Below are positions 1 to 12,384 of a stretch of 64,000 nucleotides of DNA, piece by piece (the first letter of the stretch is position 1; every line of letters starts with the position of its first letter). The stretch is from the NCBI RefSeq assembly GCF_036365525.1, contig NC_090408.1:31674269-31738268 (forward strand). The letters are read 5' to 3'. The stretch comes from Heterodontus francisci. Taxonomy: Eukaryota. Below the pieces are notes generated by a model. The model saw only the letters and a list, made by a program, of their open reading frames with translations, had not been told where the DNA came from and searched no databases. A program made the position numbers and the translations under genes.

Positions 1-490
1 CCGGAGCTCTACTCACTCACACGGAACCGCAGGACCAGGGACTGTACCCACTCACTCACACCGAACCGCAGGACCAGGGACTGTCCACACTCACTCACAC
101 GGAACCGCAGGACCAGGGACTGTACACACTCACTCAGACCGAACCGCAGGACCAGGGACTGTACACACTCACTCACACGGAACCGCAGGTCCAGGGACTG
201 TACACACTTACTCACACGGAACTGCAGGACCAGGGACTGTACACACTCACTCACACGGAACCGCAGGACCAGGGACTGTACACACTCACTTACACGGAAC
301 CGCAGGACCAGGGTCTGTACACACTCACTCATGCGGAACAACACGGCCAGGGACTGTACACACTCAGTCACACAAACCACAGGGCCAGGGATTGTACACA
401 CTCACTCACACGGAACCAAAGGGCCAGGGACTGTACACACTCACTCACACGGAACCACACGGCCAGAGACTGTATACACACTCATTCACA
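1..490. repeat. 39-bp tandem minisatellite (GGAACCGCAGGACCAGGGACTGTACACACTCACTCACAC)n, ~12 copies, intronic, truncated by the window edge
   Basis: Unit directly visible; it explains the 13-aa periodic ORF 9..401 (RFRVSECVQSLVL). Confidence 0.95.
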
Positions 491-671
491 CATCAAAAGT
501 ACTTCATTGACTGTTAAGCATCTGAGATGTCTGATGGTCGTGAAAGGTCTGATGGTCGTACAAACACAAGTCTTTTAAATTTTTGTTATTACCAGCATTG
601 TCCATTATCTCAGTGATAGCAATGTATGGCACAATCAGGCCAGTTTAAATACACTGGAGTTAAACAGGTAC

Positions 672-787
672 CTCATTCATTGCTCTCTGCCTCTCGATGT
701 GGTTCAGCTCATGCATATTAATTTCTTTCAGTATGACCAATGAATCATCATCCTTCTTCCGATACAGAACTGCTGTCCCATAGGCTC
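672..787 (-). CDS. NEK8/9-like kinase gene, coding exon 3 (kinase subdomains I-III)
   Basis: tttttctgacag|...GAG|gtacct; phase 1 to 0; (G)AYGTAVLYRKKDDDSLVILKEINMHELNHIERQRAMNE resembles NEK9 [22 protein letters not shown]...ALNE, with the catalytic Lys and alphaC Glu present. Confidence 0.92.
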
Positions 788-1266
788 CTGTCAGAAAAAG
801 GATACAGGCTCTGATCAAATATCTGCTGATTGGCATAGAAAACTTAAATCATCACACAATTCGTATAGGTTTTATTTCCATTTAACCTTATGAAATATTT
901 CAATAATGCTGGTTTGGTTAGTATGAGAGGACATAATCACATACTCCCCCCACTACTGCACCCCCCCTCCCCCCACCCCCACTAGCAAGACTACCAGAAT
1001 AATTGACTGGCCACTAAGCTGAAAATCCCCAAAGCTGTGATGAAGCTTAAACAGACTGGACCATTTCAGCTGAAAACAAAATAGAGTTTATCATCAAACA
1101 CATAGCTGGCGATGTTGCTCAAATCTGTGATTGAGAAATAATTCTTCAAATGTCACATTTTTTTTATTGCAGGTAATGTTTATGTAAAAGGCAGACACTT
1201 TCCATGCGACTATTTCCTGGTTCATTGCGTTCCATCCAGTACTGCCTTCTTGTTCTCTGACCTCAC

Positions 1267-1443
1267 CTTTTCCTACTATGTGTATCTTTTCAAACTCTGC
1301 CAATGTTTGTGGGTGTGGGCGCTTCAGTTTATCACTCTCACAGTAAAGATCTAAGACGTGCATCTTTACCCCGTCCGGCACCTGGTTTGGACCTGCCTGT
1401 AGCTCACTGCCCAGCAGGTTTCTTGCCACGGCAACAGGAACAC
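1267..1443 (-). CDS. NEK8/9-like kinase gene, coding exon 2 (end of DUF4347-like domain and start of kinase G-loop)
   Basis: ttccttttgcag|GTG...AAAAG|gtgagg; 177 nt, phase 1-1; (G)VPVAVARNLLGSELQ...LAEFEKIHIVGK(G), which joins the next exon to give GKGAYG. Confidence 0.9.
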
Positions 1444-1551
1444 CTGCAAAAGGAAATTGTGGGTCAGGTTTGTTTCACATTATTACGAGTGCAAGTAGTA
1501 ACATGGAGTGAAAATGCACCCCCCTTTACACTCACAAAACAAAAATATAAG

Positions 1552-2459
1552 TGTCATGCAGACCCTCACCTGTCAGGAATGAGGCATATTAATTTTGCTA
1601 TATGAACATTGATTTTAAACTGTTGCTGGAGTGAAGAAAGGACTTGTTAAAAAAAAATCACCAGACACTTGGCTGGAAAAACATTTGCATACTAACAGAC
1701 AGTGCTTGGAGAAGCAAAGGACCATTCCCTGGTCCACTTAACCCAAAATGGACTTTGATCACCAGACATTGACGGTGAGGACGCTCACGTTCCAGGATGA
1801 CTGCTAAGATGGCAGAATCCACAAACAGAAGTGGTCAAACCAGCTAGTCACATGACTAGCCTTCTAGGCAACCTGGGTTTTTTAGAATTGTGCCACAGAG
1901 AAAGGCAGAAGGCAGCGTGCAACTGAAGTTGAAACAAGCAAGTCTGTCGCCTGGCTGTTTCTCTGTCTCGTTTTCTTCCAAGCCACCGGACCCATGGAAG
2001 ACACGTAAACCTCAAGAGAGAAAAGACTCCTACATCGGAACAAGTTGAAGCGTGAACTAGGCCCCAACAAATTGCAAGACTTACCAGCAACCAAAGACTC
2101 CACATTGAACTTAAAGGACTGTAACTACCAGATATTGCCTCAAACATTTCCCCTTTATTCCTTTTACTTTTTCTGTCTCTATCTGCGTGTGTGTTTAACG
2201 CATATGCATGTTAGCGTGGTCGCGTCGCATATTCGTAGTTGTTAACCATTTAAAATGGTTTAAAATGAATAAACTACTACCTTTCTTGTTTAAATCTAAG
2301 GAAACCTGTTTGATTTCTTTGCCTTACAATTGGAGCAGCGAACAAGGATTCACTAAAGAGGAGCTAAAACACGGTGTTTCTAAAATTAAACCCTGTTATG
2401 GTTAAACCAGGCAAAAGCTGAGAGGGAACCCCTAGGCCCCTCCTCACCTTGTCTTAACA
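1552..2459 (+). mobile_element. Solo LTR (TG...CA), same family as 56188-57093
   Basis: Starts TGTCATG, ends TAACA, flanked by 5-bp TSD ATAAG; alignable along its length with 56188-57093; orientation tentative. Confidence 0.88.
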
Positions 2460-2730
2460 ATAAGCAACAACGTATTTCCATTAACAATGTTGGTGGTGAT
2501 GCAGTCCTCAATGTCCAATCCAAACAAAAAGAATTCTTAAAGTCCTACTTTAAGGAAGCTATGGGACAATACCAGGTGATTTATAATGTACTGCTCCCTA
2601 TGGTATCTGCTATAACCTCTCCAGTCCACTATCATTATTTACCCAGAACATATTTCTACCTCCTAAGGCAGTTTCCTTCACCAGCCATCCCCTCAGCTCA
2701 GTCTGGAGGGAAAGAACATGGTATCTGTTC

Positions 2731-2868
2731 CAAATCTGCGACCTTTCATCAGAACTGAAACATTAACTCTGCTTCTCTTTCCACAGATGCTGCCAGACCT
2801 GTTGCGTATTTACAGCACTCTGTTTTTATTTCAGATTTCCAGCATCCGCAGTATTTTGCTTTTATTAT
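2731..2868 (+). mobile_element. Penelope-like element terminal repeat (pLTR) fragment with an inverted 5' piece
   Basis: gaaacattaactctg...ccacagatgctgccagacctg...cagatttccagcatccgcagtattttgc matches the other pLTR copies here (30390, 42444, 62364); 2731-2755 is in the opposite orientation. Confidence 0.7.
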
Positions 2869-5800
2869 TATTATGGTATCTGACCCACCTTGTCCAGGCA
2901 AGGGGAGGTGTGGGGATAGCGGGAGAGGGAGAACTCTGTTTCACTTTTCTACACGCATTTACTTTTTCACGACAGCCATTGAATTAACCAAACTGTGGCC
3001 CTAAATCTCTAATTACAGCAGTGCGGAGCCAACAACGTAACTATGAGGTTGAAGTGCCCGACAGACTTGTAATTAAGGTACAGTGTCACATTAACATGAT
3101 AGCATAATTAATTGGCAAACCAAACTCATTAGCACTTTGCATCCTACTGATTACAGTGAACAGGTCTGGATCTCAAAGCATATCTATGTAAGCTTAATTA
3201 TAAAACAAATTATTTTCAAAACATTATCTCAAGAGCAGTGTCTAGATTTCTTTAATGAACCCCAGCTTTATATTAAATTAGGATTGAATACCAATTTGTT
3301 TTATTCCTCCTTGGGTAGCTTTCTGTGCCTTAAGACTCGAAAAGTACACTTCAAGATTGTTCTTAAGAAGGCATTATCAAAGAAGATTGGGATTTGTTTA
3401 AATTAGTCTCTCTGTGTTCAGTAGCTAACATCTTGTTCAAACCATTGTGTCTTTAGCATATTCCATGCAGATACTTATATAACTTGTAATGGCATATATA
3501 CACAAACATATTTATTATATACTATATATATATATTCATAATACTAATCGGATGAACCATGGAATAGGAATATGATTCATGAAAACAATATGGGCACACA
3601 ATACCTTAAAGAGGCCACAGCACATCCAATTTTCCATAACCAGCATCTTGTCCTGCTGTTCATCCACAACACATAACGTTGTGCACATTAACCACACCCA
3701 ATTCAGTCTGACTGCTCAGAAGTAAACAGACAGTAAGCTGAAGTTATTTAGACTACCTTTTCTTTCAATGATTAAGGTGCCTGAATGCCAAAATGTTATT
3801 CTCTCCCAACGGCTTATGCACACACAAGCAGAGTGACCCAGATGATTTCTACTTTAACACCATTATATGTTGAGTGCTGTTTGGATAGTTATTAATCTGG
3901 TACACCTTGCAAAAACTTAGAACAACCACTTATTGATGTGGAATCAGGGAGGTCTAATTTGCAAGGTCACTGACTTCCTGGAATTACACTATCTTTAGTC
4001 ACTGGGGTATCATTTTTTACATTTATATTAAAAGGCCTGATCAGTAATCGGTGTTCTAAGTCATTTGTTTCTCCGCTGTTTCCTTCCTTCCTCTCCCGAT
4101 GGTGCTGTCCAGTAATTTGCTCCAATGACATTCTTAATATGTGATTTCGTGCATTGAACCTCTGGAAATTTGCTCCACTGCTCCACCCACTCCACCATCA
4201 TAGCTACTGGCCCCAGACACTCCTGACCCCTTGCAAATTCCTGGGGTCAGGGGCCATAACGTAAAGTAGGGGTGCACCCCCAGTAGCAGCGCAGCTGGGA
4301 CTCCCACTAAGTAGGATGGAGGAAACTGGCAAAGCAGGTATGCTGCTGGGGAGGAGTACTGCCAGGTCTGGACAAAGAGAAAATTATTTTTTAAAAAGCC
4401 TGTGCTTTTCCAGAAAGGCTTCACAACCAGCTGCCTTAGGAAACCAGCCTTTCAGTCAGCAGTGGTGCCACTTCTGCCAGGATGTGATCCTGGCAAGCAC
4501 GGTGCTCCTGTTTTATGTGCGAGTGCATTATAATGGGGCAAAATCCCGCTGGATGGCACCTTTCTGCCATCTCCACTTCTTTCCCTGACATTATCAGCAA
4601 CGGGGATCAATATAGGAAGTGCCCACCCATCCACTGCTTGTGGAAAACCTGTGAATTCAAAACAGGAACGAGACCTGGCATAAATAGCCCCACTCCATGT
4701 TCTCCCCCCACTACCTCCTACCCATCTTGATAACGTCTCCATTACACCCAAAATCCCAAGGAAATTTAGAGCCCATGTGTCAGTAGGTTATGTAACCATG
4801 CAGCTTGACTCTCTGCTCACCTGAAAGTCGTATGCTTGCACTTTCCAGCAGACGGCACTGATGAACAACAGGGTGTGCAAACCTTGGCTGATTTTCCCTG
4901 TCTTTGTAGTTGTGAGGTCAATCGGTGCAACCCAACTGGTGACCTCCAGCACACACCACAGCTTCTGGCCTCTATGGCTTAGTGTTTCGCCAGGCAGGGC
5001 TTTCAACTGCTAAACCATTAAAGAGCTTTTTTTTCAGGTTTCCTTCCTCTTTCTCAATGAGGGGTTTTCCAAACTGGCATCTATTTCCCACTGTGCACAG
5101 TGTAGCCTCACAGCCTGCCAGTACTGGTTCAATAAAAATTCTCCAATGCCTAATTTAATCATCAGAGAAATAGAGATGCTCAATGACGCAAAGGCAAAGC
5201 AGTTACTTAACGAGATGTGAAGATTGGAGTGATAATCCAGTTGAATGCAGCAGATGCTGTGGGAATGGCATCATGGCTTTTTGAGCAGCTCACAGTGGAA
5301 TTGGAAGAATCATTAGCTTTGGTCAATAATTTATTTCCAGAAGCATGTTGAAGCAGAATTGATTTTGGGTTTATCCCACAGCTGTTAATGGAAGTGAACT
5401 TGCAGGAGGTCTGCTTATAACATAAAGTGTTCCTTAGCTGCACCATCCTGGCCATTTAACCAATATTAATCAACTGAGAACTACAGTTGTAAATGATAAA
5501 AACTAATTGAGCAGTAAATATATCTCAAGACAGTCAGCTTTACTACTTTTGTAGAGGGAAATTGTTTAACTGCAGATTAATTATCACACTGGCTTCCAAT
5601 ACTCTGCTATATTGAATAAGCAACCCAACCAAGGAGCCTTCACACCACACAGGTATAGCATTGGTGTAAAGCTAAAACCCATTGGCACAGACTCTAAAAT
5701 CTGAAGTAAACTAGAGACTCCATCACCCAGCGAGTCTCACCTCTGTTTGTTCGAGTGTTAGGTGGCCCCCCAGCACTGGATTCAGGCTACATTTACACTA

Positions 5801-7399
5801 CAGCAGCATGTTAGTGCAAAGCAAAAGCACTAATCTAGTGTAAATGCACTCTTAATTCTGCCGTAAAAGATTTGTGAGGGGTTTGAATGGAGAGATTCAC
5901 ATTTCTGAATATTTCTCTGCATGCAATAATACAATTAATATTATAAAGAGCTCCAATTATGGGCAGTTTATTGCAGTTGAGGGAATCATTAACAGCTTGT
6001 TTGGTAAAAACTGGTTAGTTATTTCATTTATAGAATGTTGGAGTTAATTATTGCACTGAGTTCTGAAAATCAGGTAAATAATTAAAAGATTCCTCAGTGC
6101 AATTATTTGTGTGGTTCTCCTGCTTGCACAGGTGACTAACTGCTGGCAGGTTCTGACTCCAGAATATATAAAGTCCACAAATTCAGATTAGTAAACTGGC
6201 AAAACTCAGATAACAGCAGAAAATTGCTGCAGTGAGGGTCTTGAATCTGCAATAATCTAAATTGCATTTCGTAAAGTTCTGTTTACTTGTGTCTTCCTTT
6301 GTAGGCACTTGAACAGCACCCCCAGTGTTATATTTTGATGTCAGAAGTGGGATGATCAGCCAGAACAGGGTGAGTGACTCATGGGATATCATGGGATAAT
6401 GGGAGTTATTTCAGCCAAAGGGTTGAATGTAAGTAGTCTGCAGCTATAATTGATGGGGATGGAACACAGATACTACTATAGAGGAACATTAGGTAGCTAG
6501 CATCCCCAAACCCTATCTAATCTCAAGCATGTTTTTGGATAAAAGAGGGAAAAAGTCAAGATCCAACTTCAATTGGCTGCTGTAACCAGTGAAGCCAATA
6601 CTCCAGATGGCAAGCTGGGTCAATAAAGATAATGAGATGTGTGACCAGCAGACAAAGTCAGATAAGCAATCTGATGGGCTACAGATGGAAACAGAAGAAT
6701 GGAAGAGGAGGCCAGAGGGATTAAAACAGGAGAGGCACCAAACTTCAAACAGACTAATCCAACAATAAAGACACATGTGCCATGACAGAAAGGGTTTGTT
6801 GTTTATTCGGCCAGACCAAATGACAGCAGAAAGTTCATAAGTAATAGATAACTCAGGTACATTAAGGGGTAATGCAGAATAACACATGGCAGCGGGAGCA
6901 AGGGGGAACACTCCTTCAGGTTTGAAACAGCTGTGGAACAGGACACCAATCAATAGCAATTACTAGAGAAGTAGCTCCAATCGCAGGCGTCAAATATATG
7001 AACTAATCAGCAATTTCCTCACCTAACTCAAATGTCTCAATTGTGAATGTTATAACAATGGAATAAAACCCAGTGATTCATTATAATAACACTTGTAAGG
7101 TGATTCTTAGGGAAGAAATTCTTCTGATTTACCTTGTCAGGATCTGTGATGATAGACAGCACACTACATATACACACAGACTGAGGGAATGACTTCGGTT
7201 AACTACAGAGATGGACACAAAAGAATCAGGGCCCAGAGAAGCCTTTTGACTGTCCAATCTGCAAAGAAGACAAATTTTTGGTAGGAAAAACAGAAACATC
7301 ATCTATGCTTAAGAAAATAAGAATGGGGTAGAAGAGAAACTGGTCTAGGGACACAGGTGAAAAAAAATCATTAAAAGCAAAGCAATTAAAATGCTAAAA

Positions 7400-8020
7400 A
7401 AAAATGGGATTTATTTTTAGGGGTATCGAATTCAATATTAGTGAAGTTATGGTAAACTTGTAGAGGACCCTGATGAGATTGTACTTAGTTTATGTTCACA
7501 GTTTTGGTCTCCATACAATTAAATGGACATAGAAGCACTGGAGAAAGAGCAAAAAAGATTTCGCACAGAGAGATTACAGCATCTGGAAAGATTGAACAGT
7601 GGGGCTTTATTCTTTAGAAAAGCAAAGACTTAGAGGTGACCTGATAGAGGTAATCAAAGTTGTGAATGAGAGGGACAGGTAATTGTGGAGAGAATGTTTC
7701 CACTTGTGGGAGAATCCAAAACTACGGGCCATGAATACAAGATATTCACTAATAAACCCAATTGGGGAAATAAGGAGAAATGTCTTTACTCAGAGTGGCT
7801 AGAATGTGAAACTCACTACCACAGAAAGTGGTTGAGGCAAATAGCTTAGATGTTTTCAAAAGAAAACTAGGTGAGTACATGAGAGAAAAGGGTATTGAAA
7901 AATATGCTGGAAGGATGAGATGAGATAGATGGAATGGGAAGATCTTGTGTGGAGTATAAACACCAGCACAGACTAGTAAGGCTGAATAGCCTGTTTCTGT
8001 GCTGTCTATTCTGTGTAATT
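7400..8020 (+). mobile_element. Degraded CR1 LINE 3' fragment
   Basis: Remnants of QFWSP and LRGDLIEV coding sequence plus a CR1 3' tail (gcctgtttctgtgctgtctattct). Confidence 0.8.
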
Positions 8021-8747
8021 CTAAGACATGAAGTCATGGATTTTAATGACTGTATGGTCATGAGGTGGATTGTGCCTCATTTAATTGATGACATCCAGAA
8101 AGGTCCACAATTCTTAAGGTAGTTCAGCTGATTCATTATAAACCACATCCAGGAATATACTCAACCTGTTAGTGACAGGTATGAATGGGATGGAGGAGGA
8201 AGACAGCTTAATTTGACGTCAAGTAAGAATTAAAGGCCTGAATAAGGATGTCAACTTTTACCGTCTCCAATAATGGACAGTGGTCAATAAAGGCACAGTA
8301 TGGGTTAGAATTGTGATTTGAGGTTCTAAGATTTGTCCTGTGTGAAAATATTAATATCGCATGCCTACGCATCAAGAGAGATAGAAGTAGGAAATGACCT
8401 TTTATTTTAAAAACAGATTTTTAATTTTGACCTTGCAGTTTAGAAATTTAGAATTAAAAAAATTCTGAACAACCCAAAAACTGGACCGTCTGGTCCAAAC
8501 TCCAGTCAACTGGTAATCCTAATAGTGAAAATCAAAAAGTGTGATTCTGAAATAAATGATGGGGAGAGTTGACTAACTCTTACAGGTGAAAGCATTTTGG
8601 GATTGTAATTTAAGTAATTAGGAAGCAAACATATAGGCATGAAGTTCATAGTGAGAAGGAACATTATAGAATGAGGGATATCAAGAAAGGTAACTTGGAA
8701 AACAATGCATTGAGTTATTAAACATTTCTTTTGATTTATATTTGGAA

Positions 8748-11700
8748 TTTTCTTTATTCATTCATGGGATGTGGGCATCGCTGGCTAGGCCAGCATTTGT
8801 TGCCCATCCCTAATTGCCCTTGAGAAGGTGGTGGTGAGCTGCCTTCTTCATCTGCTGCAGTCCATGTGGGGTAGGGACACCACAGTGCTGTTAGGAAGGG
8901 AGTTCCAGGACTTTGACCCAGCGACAGTGAAGGAACGGCGATATAGTTCCAAGTCAGGATGGTGTGTGGCTTGGAGGGGAACTTGCAGGAGGTGGTATTC
9001 CCACCTATTTGCTGCCCTTGTCCTTCGAGGTGATAGAGGTCGCGGGTTTGGAAGGTGCTGTCTAAGGAGCCTTGGTGAGTTGCTGCAGTGCATCCTGTAG
9101 ATGGTACACACTGCTGCCACTGTGTGTCGGTGGTGGAGGGAGTGAATGTTTGTGGATGGGGTGCCAATCAAGCAGGTTGCTTTGTCCTGGATGATGTTGA
9201 GCTTCTTGAGTGTTGTTGGAGCTGCATCCATCCAAGCAAGTGGAGACTATTCCATAACACTGCTGACTTGTGCCTTGTAGATGTTGGACAGGCTTTGGGG
9301 AGTCAGGAGGTGAGTTACTTGCTGCAGGATTCCTAGCCTCTGACCTGCTCTTGTAACCATGGTATTTATATGGCTATTCCAGTTCAGTTTCTGGTCAATG
9401 GTAACCCCCAGGATGTTGATAGTGGAGGATTCAGCGATGGTAATGCCATTGAATGTCAAGGGGAGATGGTTAGATTCTGTCTCGTTCGAGATGGTCATTG
9501 CCTGGCACTTGTGTGGCATGAATGTTACTTGCCACTTATCAGCCCAAGCCTGTATATTGTCCATGTCGTGCTGCATTTCTACACAGACTGCTTCAATATT
9601 TGAGGAGTTGCGAATGGTGCTGAACATTGTGCAATCATCAGCGAACATCCCCACTTCTGACGTTATGATTGAAGGAAGGTCATTGATGAAGCAGCTGAAG
9701 ATGGTTGGGCCAAGGACACTACCCTGAGGAACTCCTGCAGTGATGTCCTGGAGCTCAGATGATTGACTTCCAACAACCACAACCATCTTCCTTTCCGCTA
9801 GGTATGACTCCAACCAGCCGAGAGTTTTTCCCCGATTCCTATTAACTTCACTTTTGCTAGTGCTCCTTGATGCCATACTCTGTCAAATGTTGCCTTGATG
9901 TCAAGAGCAGTCTCTCTCACCTCATCTCTTGAGTTCAGCTCTTTTGTCCCTGTTTGAACCAAGGCTGTAATGAGGTCAGGAGCTGAGTGGCCGTGGCAGA
10001 ACCCAAACTAAGCAGCACTAAGCATTATCGACGACCCCTTCCATCATTTTACTGATGATTGAGAGTAAACTGATGGGGCAGTAATTGACCAGGTTGAACT
10101 TGTCCTGCTTTTTGTGTACAGGACATACCTGGGTAATTTTCCACATTTCCAGTGTTGTAGCTGTACTGGAACAGCTTGGCTAGGGATGTGGCAAGTTCTG
10201 GAGCACATGTCTTCAATACTATTGCCGTAATGTTGTCAGGGCCCATAGCCTTTGCAGTATTCAGTCCTGTCAATTGTTTCTTGAGATCACACAGAATGAA
10301 TCAAATTGGCTGAAGTCTGGCAGCTGTGATGCTGGGGACATCAGGAGGAGGCTGAGATAGATCATCAATTCGGCAGCTTTGGCTGAAGATTGTTGCAAGT
10401 GCTTCAGCCTTATCTTTTGCACTGATGTGATGGACTCCCCCATCATTGAGGATGGGGATATTTGTGGAGCCACCTCCTCCAGTTCGTTGTTTAATTGTCT
10501 ACCACCACTCATGACTGGGTGTGCAGGACTGCAGAGCTTAGATCTGATCCATTGGGTATGAGATCACTTAGCTCTGTCTATCGCATGCTGCTTACGCAGT
10601 TTGGCACGCAAGTTGTCCTGGCTTGTAGCTTCACCAGGTTGACACTTCATTTTGAGGTATGCCTGGTGCTGCTCCTGACATGCCCTCCTGCACCCTTCAT
10701 TGGACCAGGGTTGGTCTCCTGGCTTGATGGTACTGGTAGAATGGGGGATATGCTGGGCCATGAGGTTACAGATTGTGGTTGAGTACAGTTCTGCTGCTGC
10801 TGAAGGCCCACAGCACCTCATGGATGCCCAGTTTTGCATTGCTAGATCTGTTTGAAATCTATCCCATTTAGCACGGTGGTAGTGCCACACAACACGATGG
10901 AGGGTATCCTCAATGTGAAGGCGGGACTTCGTCTCCACAAGGACTGTGCGGTGGTCACTCCTACCAATACTGTCATGGACAGATGCATCAGTGGTAGTCA
11001 GATTGGTGAGGATGAAGTCAAGTATGTTTTTCCCTCTTGTTGCTTCCCTCACCACCTGCCGCAGACCCAGTCTAGCAGCTATGTCCTTTAGGACTTGGCC
11101 AGATCGGTCAGTCGTGGTGCTACCGAGCCACTCTTAGTGATGAACATAGAAGTCTCCCACCCAGAGTACATTTTGTGTCCTTGCCACCCTCAGTGCTTCC
11201 TCCAAGTGGTGTTCAACATGGAGGAGTACTGATTCATCAGCTGAGAGAGGGCGGCAAGTGGTATTCAGCAGGAGGTTTCATTGCCCATGTTTGACCTGAT
11301 GCCACAAGACTTCATGGGGTCTGCAGTTGATGTTGAGGACACCCAGGGCGACTCCCTCCTGACAGTATGCCACTGTGCCACCACCTCTGTTGCATCTGTC
11401 CTGCTGGTGGAACAGGACCTACCCAGGGATTGTGATGGCAGTTTCTGGGACATTGTCTGTAAGGTCTGATTCCATGAGTATGATTATGTCAGGCTGTCAC
11501 TTGACTAGTCTGTGGGACAGCTCTCCCAACTTTGGCACAAGCCTCCATATGTTAGTAAGGAGGACTTTGCAGGGTTGACAGGGCTGGGCTTGCCGTTGTC
11601 GTTTCCGGTGCCTAGGTCGATGCCGGGTGGTCCATCCAGTTTCATTTCTTATTGACTTCGTAGCGGTTAGGTACAACTGAGTTTCTTGCTAGGCTATTTC

Positions 11701-11987
11701 AGAGGACATTTAAGAGTCAACCACATTGCTGTGGGTCTGGAGTCACATGTAGGCCAGACCTGGTAAGGACAGCAGATTTCCTTCCCTTGAGGACATTAGT
11801 GTCCAGATGGGTTGTTACGACAATCAACAATGGTTTCATGGCAATCATTAGACTAGGTTTTTAATTCCAGATTTATTAATTGAATTCAAATTCCACCTTC
11901 TGCTGTGGTGGGATTCGAATCCATGTCAATACCCTGGGTCTCTGGGTTACTAGTCCAGTGACAATACCATTATGCCACCGCCTCCCC
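8748..11987 (-). mobile_element. Near full-length CR1-group non-LTR retrotransposon (APE endonuclease + RT, frameshifted) with a tRNA-like SINE head
   Basis: EN motifs (QPDIIIL.ES, TRGKNILDFIL, GRSDH) and RT motifs (GVPQGSVLGP, FADD) in ORFs 10564-11055, 9247-9876, 8848-9231; 5' end has A/B-box-like GGTGGCATAATGG and GGATTCGAATCCC; 3' end GAATGAATAAAGAAAA. Confidence 0.92.
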
Positions 11988-12384
11988 AGTTTGCTTTGGA
12001 TCACTAAAATATTTTTTGCAGTAAAATGAGGAAACCTGGAATCATGCCTGATATAATTATAGCCATTCAATGCACTAAAAAAGTTAAGTCTTCATTCCCA
12101 CCACTTTGACAGAAAAGAAATACTCAGTACCAACTCAGTTGTAAAGCTTTCCATTTTCACCTCACTTTTCGCTTGTGCCCAGAGAACTGTGAATGCTGGT
12201 CTTTATACCTGGAACTTGCACTCTTCAGTAAATGGACAATGTCCATTATCTGTGATTCACACAGGCAAGATTACACGACCCATCTAAACATCACAGCTGT
12301 TTCTAAAACACCTGTGCAGTTTAGATCATTATCTTAACTTCACATTCATGAATGTACTGTTTGCAGAACAGTACAGAAATATGA

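Noticed and set aside
1-490. CRISPR-like array or repeat protein
   Set aside because: Head-to-tail units with no unique spacers, in a eukaryotic intron; the ORF is a by-product of the 39-bp period
4155-4775. Possible MITE/non-autonomous DNA transposon
   Set aside because: Termini only weakly resemble inverted repeats, with no TSD; not supportable by eye
12161-12249. Possible extra kinase-gene exon
   Set aside because: An 89-nt version breaks the frame and an 84-nt version has a stop in the required phase; the flanking exons already join in phase
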